Positions 11,200 through 22,600 of a DNA stretch of 64,000 bases are shown in pieces. The position numbers were made by a program, and so were the translations under genes. Below the pieces are notes generated by a model. That model was given only the letters and a program-made list of their open reading frames with translations. It searched no databases and had not been told where the DNA came from. How positions within the stretch are numbered: position 1 is the stretch's first letter; each line of letters opens with the position of its first letter. Source of the stretch: Podarcis tiliguerta (Eukaryota); the NCBI GenBank assembly GCA_965153285.1, contig OZ229110.1. One strand, 5' to 3'.

Positions 11200-12450
11200 A
11201 GTAACGATGACTAGAGGCCGGGCTAGTCGGCTGCAGGCACGACGAACTCCAGCTTTCCCTCGAAAAACACAGGCGCTACAGAGGACCCCCCTGGAAAATG
11301 CGCGCCGACCCCCAACCCACTTCTCAACACTGGGAAGAAGGCAGGCGATGGTTTCGCCACTGGGACGCCCAGTGAGGCCCAAGTATCCGCAGCCAATGCC
11401 TCGCCAACCCCACCCGCTCGAGAACTAGAGAGGCGGTGTGCCTTGTCTCTCTCTTTCTTGGCCGCTGCACAGCGCCGGGTGCCTGGAGCACCTCGCCCGT
11501 CCAGGGCCTCGCCAGAAGCCCTCGCTCACTGCCAGCTTTGGGGAGGAAGGGGAGAGGGGAAAGGGGGGGTCGCCCTGGCTTGGCCACCGAGGCCACGCAG
11601 CGATTCTCGACCCCCTCGTTCCAGGCGTAGCCGGCTCACAAGTTTGCGGCTCTGGAGGCAGAGAAAAGCGAGCTGCTTCCACCCTCACAAACCCCGGACG
11701 AGGAGGAGGAAGGAGGCCCCTTATGAGGTAAAAGGCCAGAACTGAGGTAATAAGAATAAGCTCCGGACCCCAGAACTTGTCTCTCTCCAGCGGCACAGAA
11801 CCGGGACGGGCACGTAAAGAGAGAGCAGGTTCCGGCCGGCTCAACCGACGGGCTTCACCAAGTGAGCTCCAAGCTCAAGGCTGGTTTTTTCTGTCCAGCA
11901 TGCCCTCGTGCCCACGAACCTTCCCCACCGAAGCCCCTGAGCCCGCCATGTCTTACCTCAGTTAAGGCCCCAGGGCCGCAGCCCACGGCGCTCTCCTTCC
12001 TTCCCCCTCACTCCGCCATCTTCCCCTCCTTACTTCGAGCGCCCAATGGGAGGCCGGCGCAGGGCGACGCAGCGGCCGTTCTACAGAACGCGGGTCCCAC
12101 CGAGTGGGCCGCTCTCCTGTCACTCACTTCTCCGCTTTGGGTTGCCATTGGGTAGGCTTTCCCCAAACGGCTGGACACGGAGAGGCGATTGGCCAACCGC
12201 GATGTGGTATACGCCTTCCTCCTCGCGAGTCCTATCGCCGCGTTGAAGAAGTGGGACGGGCGGGAGGCGGGGGTTAGGCGTTCGGTGTACTCAGTCGTTC
12301 AGGACGCCTCCTAAAGGAAGGAAGGGGTTGTGCGCGGTGGCGGGAATGCGCAAATTGGAAATTGTACTTTTGTTTATTCTGTTACATTTCCCCCCGCAGC
12401 TGCTCCTCCTCCTCGCTCAGTGCCCGCTGCCACTAATTTTCTCAAGTGAG
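11200..12450 (-). promoter_or_regulatory. CpG-island promoter and exon 1 of Cyrano
   Basis: High GC and CpG content; CCAAT boxes near 12043, 12147 and 12188; GC box near 12266; YY1 motif AAGATGGCGG on the minus strand (12013-12022); splice donor at 11956. Confidence 0.8.
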
Positions 12451-13447
12451 CGCGTCCAAACTGAATGGGGAATGTAGAGCTGGATCTTTCAGTGTACAAT
12501 AGGCGATCTTACTTGATGGGCCGATAGGGAACTATAACCGGGCTTCAATCCTAAACACACCAGGCCCACCCACAAGGCAAGGTGCTGCAACCGCCTCTGG
12601 CACAGAGACAGGCAAGCAGATTCCTCCCGTTTCTGGTCTAGATCTTCACTCACCCCTTCTTCACTGGCAGGGAGGGTGCCATTTTGTGGTTTGTCAAAAT
12701 GTCTTGGGTTGGCCCTGCCACTTACAAGCTAGACAGTTCTCTCAGCTTTAGTTCTGGGTGTCCTGCAAATTAAACTAGGGAGAATAAGCATTATATAAAG
12801 GGTGGTACATTCACGCCAGCTCTACTTAGGAAAGAGCTTCCTCAGCAGAAATAAGACTGCTTAGCATTTTGCTCTGGCAGGTTGGGAATGCTATCTTGAA
12901 ACCCAGTTGGAACAACTGCACAGAAAATGTAGACCAAAATCCTCATCAAAACTCAGATCACATTTGTCTCCACAGACCGAATCTTGCACTTCCTCGTTCC
13001 ACCATTATGCAAAAATAGATGTCAAAAAGAAACCCTCTGGGTTTTCAGAAGGGATTTGTCACCCACCACCATCAATAACGTGTGTAGGAATCATACATAT
13101 TCACATGGGATCTGTATGTCAGATTCTCCAGGTTTGCTCCTAGGTGGCGCTGTGAATGGTTAGCTCTCCCTTTTTTTCCTGGTGTGATCAGTGGGTACAG
13201 GTATGATCTGACAGTAATTTTCGGGGGGGGGGGCACTATAAAAATTCTGAAGTGTCATGTTGGAGCTCTATGACAGCACCCTAAAAGCTTAGTTTCATAA
13301 TGGTGTGGGTATTGTGACTATGCTTTAGGGGGAATATCCTGTAGGAAGCTATCCAGAGACCTGAACAAGGTTTCAGATACTGGTTGTTGCACCATAACAG
13401 AAGAGGTGTTTGCTATATGGGACAATTTTCTGTTGTGTCCTAGTCAC

Positions 13448-13590
13448 AGAATCATAGAACTGTCAAGTTGGAAGGGACCACGAAGGTCATCTAGTCTGAG
13501 CCCTGTAATGCAGAAATATTTCCCCCCAATGTGGGGCTCAAACCCACAACCCTGAGATTAAGAGTCTCATGTTCTGCCAACTGAGTACTA
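13448..13590 (-). mobile_element. tRNA-derived SINE with a CR1-type 3' tail
   Basis: Degenerate tRNA-Lys-like head plus (ATTCTRTG)-type CR1 tail; related copies at ~18980-19082 (+) and 49110-49255 (+). Confidence 0.65.
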
Positions 13591-13799
13591 ATTTAGCAGG
13601 TTTATTATGTTTGGATAACATAGCACACCAAAAGGTATGTCATGTTATGCATTCGTATTTTGTGTATGGGTGATAACCAACATTCATCATAATCTTGAGT
13701 TAGATCCATCATTTCAATTAACTTACGGTACTCTGTCTTTTAGGGGTGGGATCAAGGCAGACTGAAATTACTATTAGGGAAGCTTCACATTTACAATTA

Positions 13800-14025
13800 C
13801 AGTGGTACCTCAGGTTACGTACGCTTCAGGTTACATACTCCGCTAACCCAGAAATAGTGCTTTAGGTTAAGAACTTTGCTTCAGGTTGAGAACAGAAATC
13901 GTGCTCCGGCGGCGCGGCAGCAGCAGGAGGCCCCATTAGCTAAAGTGGTGCTTCAGGTTAAGAACAGTTTCAGGTTAATTACGGACCTCCAGAATGAATT
14001 AAGAACTTAACCCGAGGTACCACTG
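13800..14025. mobile_element. Tc1/mariner (Tigger-like) MITE
   Basis: TIRs CAGTGGTACCTC / GAGGTACCACTG; TA duplication; inverted copy at 59556-59786. Confidence 0.88.
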
Positions 14026-14959
14026 TATATTCTTTTAATATATAGATTAATACTAACATATATAACAATAATGGCTTGAGTGTTGTTTTTCTGACAAGAC
14101 ATGCCAGGAAATGAATAGTTGCAGTAACTCCATATTGATATTAGACTTTTTACAGTGCTTTATGTATTTTTTGTAGACGAATGGGAATTTGCATCCACCG
14201 TAACAGGAGAATCAACCTTTAGTCCCTTTAGTTAGGAACATGTTAAATGAGTCTTCAGGTTTCTACACTCTACAGTGAATTGTACAGCTACTGAAACCTA
14301 AGCAGAACCCATCAAGTTGAGAAGTTTATATGAGTTAAAATGCACAGCTGAACTAACAAGAGTTAAGAATACACATTACCTGGCATGTATTTCATCTCCT
14401 TTCCCCCTGTTATTTCTAATTTTATTTGAAGTTTTAAAATCTGTTCTGTCTTAACATATTCTGAGTAAAAAGCAGGCAACTCCTATTTATTCCCACCATT
14501 AAACTGATAAATAGCTAAGCCACAGATATAAGGGCAATAGGACCACACTCTCCTGGCCTAAGAGAAAGCAGGAAATTCCAGTTGATATATATTGCTTGTA
14601 AAACATTCTAAATGCCTGCAGGTTGAAAATTCAAAGCCATTTAAAACCTGAGTAATGAAAACAAGAGGTGAGATCCAAAGTTGCATGAGGAAACATCTGC
14701 TTATGCAGCTGGGTTTCTCTTTGCTCTCCAAAATCTTTTGAAGGTTGCAGGAGCCTGCAGAGCAGGTTTTTTGTTTCGTTTTCTTTTCTTTTGAGCAGGG
14801 AGGAAAAAGGCAAGTCCTGTTGTGCTAGCAGGTGTATGTTGTGCAAGTGGGTTGACAGCACTGGATGTCACCCAATCTCTTAAAAACTAGATTAGTATAT
14901 GAGAAAATAAAGTCTTTCAGCTGTAGCATTCTACAGGCACCTTGTGTTATTTAAAACCT

Positions 14960-14999
14960 CCATTCATTCACAGAACACAGTATGTTGAAGGATTTTATT
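14960..14999 (-). terminator. Probable CHP1 polyadenylation signal (3'UTR about 1.6 kb)
   Basis: AATAAA on the minus strand at 14999-14994, followed about 14 nt later by GU-rich CTGTGTTCTGTG. Confidence 0.5.
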
Positions 15000-16555
15000 C
15001 ATGGATAGTTGATGAATATAATAGATCTGACAAGGCACACCTGTGGATTACCGCTATAGCCAAAGGAAGATTGCTTATTTTCAAATAAGCACATTTCAAA
15101 CAATAACTCTAACAACTTGGTGTTACTTTCATTTTCCTTCTCTTTATAAAATTCCTATGTTTACATTGTGATCAAAAATTCTAAAGTGTTTGTAAGCAAT
15201 CACCCTTTAATCTTGTTCCCATCTTTATAATTTGTCTGAAGAAGGAATAGATTTTCTTCTGCAGTTTTTTAATGTAAAATAGTGTGCAATTCTTAAGGAT
15301 CATTGAATTGTGTCGCATTTAAGTAAACTAGATTAACTTGCACTCAATACTTATAGAAATGCTGACATATAGCAGGGGTCAGGAGCATTTGAACACTGAT
15401 TTTTACACAAAGTATTTTTCTGCATCTGGGAAGCCAACACTGCACAGTTAAAAACGGTTGTCAAAGTTCATTGATAATCAGTGCAACAGAATTGTTTACT
15501 AACAGCAAAGACAATTCAGCCTAAAAAGATCACCATATTCATTGCTTTTGAGCCCTCAGTTCTATATTGTGATGCTTACATCAAAATTCACAATGTTACT
15601 TGATCCTTGTGTGTGGTTAAAATAAAACTTTCAAAATATAATCTGAAGTAATAAATGTACACATGTGCTAAGAATTTTCCTAAAACCGTTAGTGTTCCCA
15701 CATAATTTGTAGGGACACAGTACTACTCAAATCTGGACTTTGACATGCATGTTGGAGACAAAAGGTCCAGTTGGCATAATTGGTATGAAAAGCCTTCCGC
15801 TATAAGCTGTGCAACAAAAATTATGTATTGCAAACATTCACTGAAAAACAATAAAAGCACAAGAAAGAAATTTGAGTAATTTAAGTATAATGCAAATCAA
15901 AATAGTCTACATAAACAAAGCTGGTGGCAGGGGGTGGGTAGCAGAGAGGCAATCAACTTTTTCCAGTTAAGAAACAGCTTGCTATGAAATAGTTTCATTC
16001 AAGTACCCAATTACTATGTTTTCAGAACTGCAAGTTACTCTCTTGGCAGACATCCCACATCTGTGGACAAATTCGTAACATTTGACACACTTGCAAGACG
16101 AAGCTCCGAAGCCTTAATTCCGAAAACAAAACCATTGGCCTTGCATTACTTTGTGAAGTTAAGAGTGGCAAACATCTATATTTAAACAAAACCAAGGACA
16201 GAAGAAAACAGTTTGTTAACCAGACAAACCGAAGAGAGAATACAAATACTACCAAGTCAGATTTTTGTTGTCATAGTTCATAAAATGGTAGAAGATTATA
16301 GTAACATGGGGAGAAATAATTTATAACAAGCAAAGCAAAGAGAAGTGTGAGGAAAAGGCCATTTCAAGGTTCCATTCCAAGCTGCACTGCAGCCACGTTC
16401 CTTTGTTCTGATGCAGAAGGAATGTTCACATCGATGGAACAAACTGAGGGGGGTTTGGAGATGTACCTCACACGCACCAGCAGGAATGCTCAGGAGAGGG
16501 TAAAACAAACTATATTCCTTAAATATCAGGACAACAAGGAATGGGCCTTGATCCA

Positions 16556-16609
16556 TCAGTGAAGAAATCGAATGCTCATTTTTTGCTCTACATCCACCTT
16601 CTCCAAAAC
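16556..16609 (-). CDS. CHP1: CHP1 exon 7, coding part
   Basis: [17 protein letters not shown] followed by TGA; ttttttgcag acceptor. Confidence 0.97.
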   Translation of the reverse strand, partial: VLEKVDVEQKMSIRFLH

Positions 16610-19600
16610 CTGCAAAAAAAGTAGAATTGTTAACCATTTGTCACAGGAATCGAATTCTCTCTCAACATTTAGACCTTAGTCTTTTCTTAGGAAGCCATTC
16701 TTGTCAGCTTTCCTACTGCATGTCCTCTTGTGCTGCACAACTATTTTTTGTAGATCTTGACCTAGAGGTCATCAGTAATATATTTTATGGAAAATGAAAG
16801 CTGTACTTAGCAACACTTGCATTTGGAGTGTATTTAATTGCATTTATGGAATTCAAGATGATCCCTGGGCAGTCTATCAAAGCACTAACCAAACTAAATC
16901 AGCTTAATTTCAAGAAAGGCTCCTGTATCATGTACCCACAGATCATGCCTTGGAACAGCATGCAAAGTTGTCACACACTAAAAATATTTAGAAAAACTAA
17001 CGTGTCTAACAAGAATCATTTAAGCAATTAAGATAAATTGCAATTGTTATGAAGCTGAAGAGCACACCTCTGCCAATTTATGTTCAGATATGGGAAATAG
17101 CAAAATAACTGAAAAAATTATGCACATAAGCCTTCTATTCATTTGATTGCCCATCTGATTCGGAAATCCAAGCACTTAATTAGGTTTGCCATAATAAACA
17201 TTGTTTCCTGACCTTAACAAACTCTGCAAAGGAGATTGCACTGTCACCATCTTGATCAGCCTCCTGGATTGTTCTGTCAGCAATGCTGCCCAACTGTTCA
17301 TCCGAGATGTTTACGCCAACCATCATCCGCAAAACCTGCAGTATACAGAAACCCCAAAAGAATGCAATGTTAGTGTTTAACAAAGAATATGCTGTAAGTG
17401 CTAAGAAGGCACCAGACAAGTAAAGCTATTATTTTAAGTCAACCAAGAGAAGTTCCAGGACCAGCCCAATCAGGCAGCTGGTTTTAAATATCACAAAACA
17501 GCAGCAATTATTGCTCCCAAGGAGAGGTGCTTGGGACATTTCCTGATTCAGGTGCCAAAATACCTTAGCTGTCCTTGGCTGCTAGGTACTATACACCTTG
17601 ACTTGTGGCACAAACCACCATTTACTACACTGCCTCAAATAAAATATATTGAGGCAGTTTAGGGAAACTTTCTAGAAATAAGGAGATCAGTCCAGGTTCA
17701 TTGAATAACGTCAAGTGCACCACTTAAAAATACAACTTTCATCTCAAGAATTCTCACACCAGCAAGTTAACAATTTTCAGAAAGTTCTCCGCTTTTTTCT
17801 CTGAGCCACCCTTTTAGAGTAAAAATTTGCTCACGCCACACCAATTTTTTTATTGATAAGAAATACACTGGAAAGCAAAAAGAAACAACCCCTAGCAGTG
17901 CTTGACTTATAACACAGAACACAACTATTTATAATGTGATTATGGGACATCCAGATAGTATAAAACAATACAGCAAGCCATTGTTACACAAATCAAGTAT
18001 GGTGTTCTTTGAATGAGCAGCACATTGGTGTGAAATGCTCAAATCATGCCCACCTTGCTCCTCAGTTTGTCAAACAAACCACACTAGGAGCTTAGCTTTG
18101 TGTGCAAACCAGTACTTGTAGGCTAGTTCTCTCTAGAACAACCAGAAGAGCTTCATGATAAGCCCTAATAGTTTGTTTGTAACTATGGCATACCATGGTG
18201 TACAAACCTTTAAGTACCTTCTCCAGTGCTACAAGATACTCCACAGGTTATTTCTGGGCTGTTCTGGGTTTCAGCATTTGTAGCAGTGTTTTGGGTTCAC
18301 AGAATACCTTTCCCCACCACCGAGAGCACAGCTTTATAGGATTGGAGCTGGCTGCTGGTTTTGAACCAGAGTATATTTTTCATTGTTATAGCAAGGAGAG
18401 TTTAGCCTCATGACATACATTGGGTGAGGAATGTTTGACCTGTGTGCCAATTTGAGCCGCCAAGCTGTTTTTCCAAAAGCACACCCATTTGCCCATGAGC
18501 TGACATCACTACTGAACAGGGTTTAATCCTGCACTGGCTACACAATCCTGTCCCCAGCATAGAACAGGGTCACACAGCCTAGGCAGACAAGAGGAGATTA
18601 AAGATTGAGCAATATCTGTGTGGGTGTGGGGATTTAAAATGGAGGGGAGAGATTCACAAAGTCTTTTCTTACCTCTGCTGCTACTATAGTTATATGTTAT
18701 ATAATGCCTATGTATTATAATAATTTAGTATTATCATTCAACCAGACTTTACCTTAAAGGCTAAATAAGACAGTCATCCGAAAAATTTGCATTAATTTAT
18801 GGGCTGCAAAAGCTAAACATACCTGAAGCAGCTCCTCTCGAGAAATCTTGTCATCTTTATCTAGATCATATAGCCGAAAAGCAACTAGAGGAAATAAATT
18901 CAAGATTATTTATTTATATACTGCCCTTCATAGGGTATTTTACAAAATCAAAACACCTAACATAATACCCTCTTCTACACAGCTCAGTCCACAGAGCATG
19001 AGACCCTTCATCTCAGGGTCATGGGTCTGAGCCCCACACTGGGTGAAATATTTCTGCACTGCAGGGGATTGGACTGTATGACTATTTTTCTATGAAGAAC
19101 AAAAACCAATAACCCCTTCCTACGAACACATTGGGACGCGGGTGGTGCTGTGGGTAAAAGCCTCAGTGCCTAGGGCTTGCTGATCAAAAGGTCGGCGGTT
19201 CGAATCCCAGCGGCGGGGTGCGCTCCCGTTGTTCGGTCCCAGCGCCTGCCAACCTAGCAGTTCGAAAGCACTCCCGGGTGCAAGTAGATAAATAGGGACC
19301 GCTTACTAGCGGGAAGGTAAACGGCGTTTCCGTGTGCGGCTCTGGCTCGCCAGAGCAGCGATGTCACGCTGGCCACGTGACCCGGAAGTGTCTCCGGACA
19401 GCGCTGGCCCCCGGCCTCTTGAGTGAGATGGGCACACAACCCTAGAGTCTGTCAAGACTGGCCCGTACGGGCAGGGGTACCTTTACCTTTACCTTACGAA
19501 CACATTAAAAAGCCACAGATTGTTGAACCAGTCGTGTTGCTTAGGAACTGCCATAAATGGCAGAATGTTGAATAAAAATACAAAAGAAAATAAAAAGTAA

Positions 19601-22600
19601 ACTGTCGCATTTTGGTAGGGAATTTCTGGATAAGGGGAAAAAATGATATATAGGGGAATCCCTGCTTACGCAGGGGGTCTGCTCTGGGACACATGCAAGT
19701 ATGTTCCAGCCTGCTCCACCCCCTTGGGCCCCAAAAAAGGCATGAGTGTGTCAGCAGTCGCACGCATGATCATGTGCGAATGGGAGGTGCCTGTACTAAA
19801 AATCCCCGCTTTCTTTCCCACTGCTGCCATATACAGAATACATTATCGAACCACTGTAGACCCAGAGCAATGTGTGCCCCCATACTACAAACACTCTTCC
19901 CTTATTCTTCATAGTCATTGACTACTGGCAACCACAAAGACACCAATCAGTTAAAACTTGACTGTTCCTTGAGGTGATCATTTTTAAGAATAGGAGAGTA
20001 ACTGTGCTGCATCTGACTAAAGGCCTATCTTAGGAGTATAGAGGGAACATAATGGACTCATTTCACTGACTGGAGAAGACATTTTCAGGTTCACTCTAAA
20101 TGCCCAAGAAAGGAAATTTTGCTGTCCCAAAATAGTTATGCTTAAATTCTTGGGTGTTTTTTTTCTTTGACCAGTTACTGATACATGCTAGCACATTAAA
20201 CAGATTTCTTTTTCCTATCAGGCAGTAATTTATAGAATGCTTATATAGAATGCCTATATTTACCAGGAGTCATGAAAAGTCAGCCTGCTTCTACAGTTTT
20301 ACCAATAATTTAAGATTTGTTGAGTATCTTATGTAAATCTAAGAATATTATAAAGTAAAATGTGAGGTCATGGAAGATATATTACGATGATTCATTTAAA
20401 GCAGCACCATCAATGTGCACAGCATTTTCCAAATACAATTATTTCAGTACCATGTACTTAGGCTTGGTTATAGGCTTTGTTACATTAGGACAGAAATAAA
20501 TGGCTGTGCCCAACACTGTAGCACCATGCACACAACAGACTTCCAGGCATGCAATGGAATTTCCTGTTCCTCTCCTGTCCCTGTGCATCCTCAAAAACAG
20601 CTGGGGGCGGTATTGAGGGACCATCCAGAGTAGATTTTGGGAGGAGGAAAGAAAATGGAAATTCCATTGGATGGCTGGGCTACAACTCCCATCAGCAACA
20701 GCCAGTAAAAGTGACAAAAATCCACTTTCACTTAGGTAACTTTCTACTCTTGTTTCCATAAGATTTGTATCCAGGTTTAAACTAAGTTTAAAAGAAGAGG
20801 AACAGATTCCAAGCTGCAGGATTACAAAGAAGAATACAAAGCAGTACAATTAGCCTGAATAGATGTCCAATTAAAAATGTCTTACAGTACAGCTTGTTGC
20901 TCCGACTATTAAGTGGTTCTGGCCCATTCTGGTCTTTGCTTTTCTCATTATCCTCAATGGGTCGGAAGTGTGCCAAAGTCCTCATGAATCCACGAAAATT
21001 CACCTGGTCTTCTCTAAACCAGAGAAGATACACACAATCATATTACATTTTGCAAATCCATCAAGCAATATACTTCAAACAAGAATATCCAAACAAATTT
21101 ACCAGAGTTTGGAGAATGCAGTTTCATATTTTGCTGTTATTTTTCTATAATTGTTCCATGTACACTGTTTTGGTCTCTCTTCTCAGCTGTTATTTTATTT
21201 TGCTGTTTAACTGAACGTTATTGAACTACCATCTCAAAACTATAACTTAAACTATAAAAATCAGTCAGCCTTCAACAAGTACCAACCATCCCAGATCCTT
21301 AGATTAGCAGGGGAAGTGCTTCTTACTATTTTTGCTGGTTCTTGTTGGCAGTTGTACATTGACATGGGATAGAATTCTCTCTGTTGTGGCTCCTCAACTG
21401 AGAAGTTCTCTCCCCCTGGAGGCAGTATTGGGCTTCTGGCACCAGGTACTCACTCACCTGTTCACACAGGCATTTGGAGATATGCTGCTATTCAAAGTCT
21501 CAGTGCAATTTGCTGCTCCAAACATAACTATGTTTTTCCTTCTGAAAAATTGGCTGACTTTGTAGCCTTGGGGCTCTGTGCTTCTTTGAAATGTGCTCTC
21601 CCTACCTCTTGTTGATGTAGGAGAGAAAGGTTGATGGAACTTCTTTATTACTGAGCAGAGGTGCTTGCCTCCACCCAATCAGCAGGGGGAAGGATCCTGG
21701 CAATTACAACTGGCCAAAAATTTCAGACCCCTGCTTAGAGCATCAACTGTGAAAGGTAGTCAAGGTTTTACTTCTCAGCTAGTGAAGGGAAATTGGGAAG
21801 TGAAGTAGATATTTTTGGTGCCATTTGATAAATGTGGCAGAATATAAACAGAACTAAAGCGTCTAACAAATACCTAATATTAATAAAGCTTTACTTTGAA
21901 TAGTTAGTAACTGATGCTCCAGTCCCCAATATTGTATCTGAAGTCCAGCACATTGTTTTACGGTGTCAAGAATAGAATACAAGAATCCACATCTTAAATT
22001 AGTCCTAGGAGCACTTCACACCAAGCAACGTATTATGAAGAAACACTGTGCAACTTACCCTTCTGGAAAAAAGGCATTGATAATCCGGTCCCCCAGTGGG
22101 TTGATGGCAAGTTCTGGAATGCGCTGGAAATCTTCACGGCTACAATTTCAATGAAATCTACATCAATCCTTTAATAGAATAAGATCTCTGAACACCCATG
22201 TTAAACATTCATTTTTTATAATAGGGCTGATTGAAATTTATGGTTCAGATATCACACAACAGCTATGAGGGGTTTTTTAAGGTGTTTTTTTTTTTAAGTA
22301 AAGATCCAGTATGTTAAGCTCATTGATCATGAAAATAGTAAACCTCAGATCAAGAAAATGAGTTTTGTGCTGCGTACTTTTATATTTTCAGTTCATGACA
22401 CCTATCACCAATAGAAAAATCCCAGTTGTGTAGTATTAATGTACAGCTATATAGATTTTTTAAAAAGAAGGTAAAGGACCCCTGGATGGTTAAGTCCAGT
22501 CAAAGGCAACTATGGGGTGTGGCGCTCATCTCGCTTCAGGCTGAGGAATCCAGCGTATGTCCACAGACAACTTTCAGGGTCATGTGGCCAACATGACTAA

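Larger units (their letters stand above)
1..12050 (-). ncRNA. OIP5-AS1: Cyrano / OIP5-AS1 lncRNA orthologue. Predicted exons: ~12050-11957, 6200-6098, 3889-(<1 or an internal polyA site)
   Basis: The minus strand carries AACAACAAAATCACCAATGTCTTCCA (1625-1600), the hallmark Cyrano miR-7 site. It lies directly downstream of CHP1 on the same strand, as in human. CpG island at 11200-12450. Splice sites: donor AG|GTAAGA at 11957/11956; acceptor ttcctttcctgttgtgtgcctag|G at 6201/6200; donor AG|GTAAGT at 6098/6097; branch-like gctaat plus acceptor tatgtttccag|G at 3890/3889. No credible long ORF. TSS and 3' end are approximate. Confidence 0.9.

Noticed and set aside
11102-12246. Cluster of overlapping GC-rich ORFs
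   Set aside because: Stop-codon depletion in a CpG island; Arg/Pro/Gly-rich translations in all frames.
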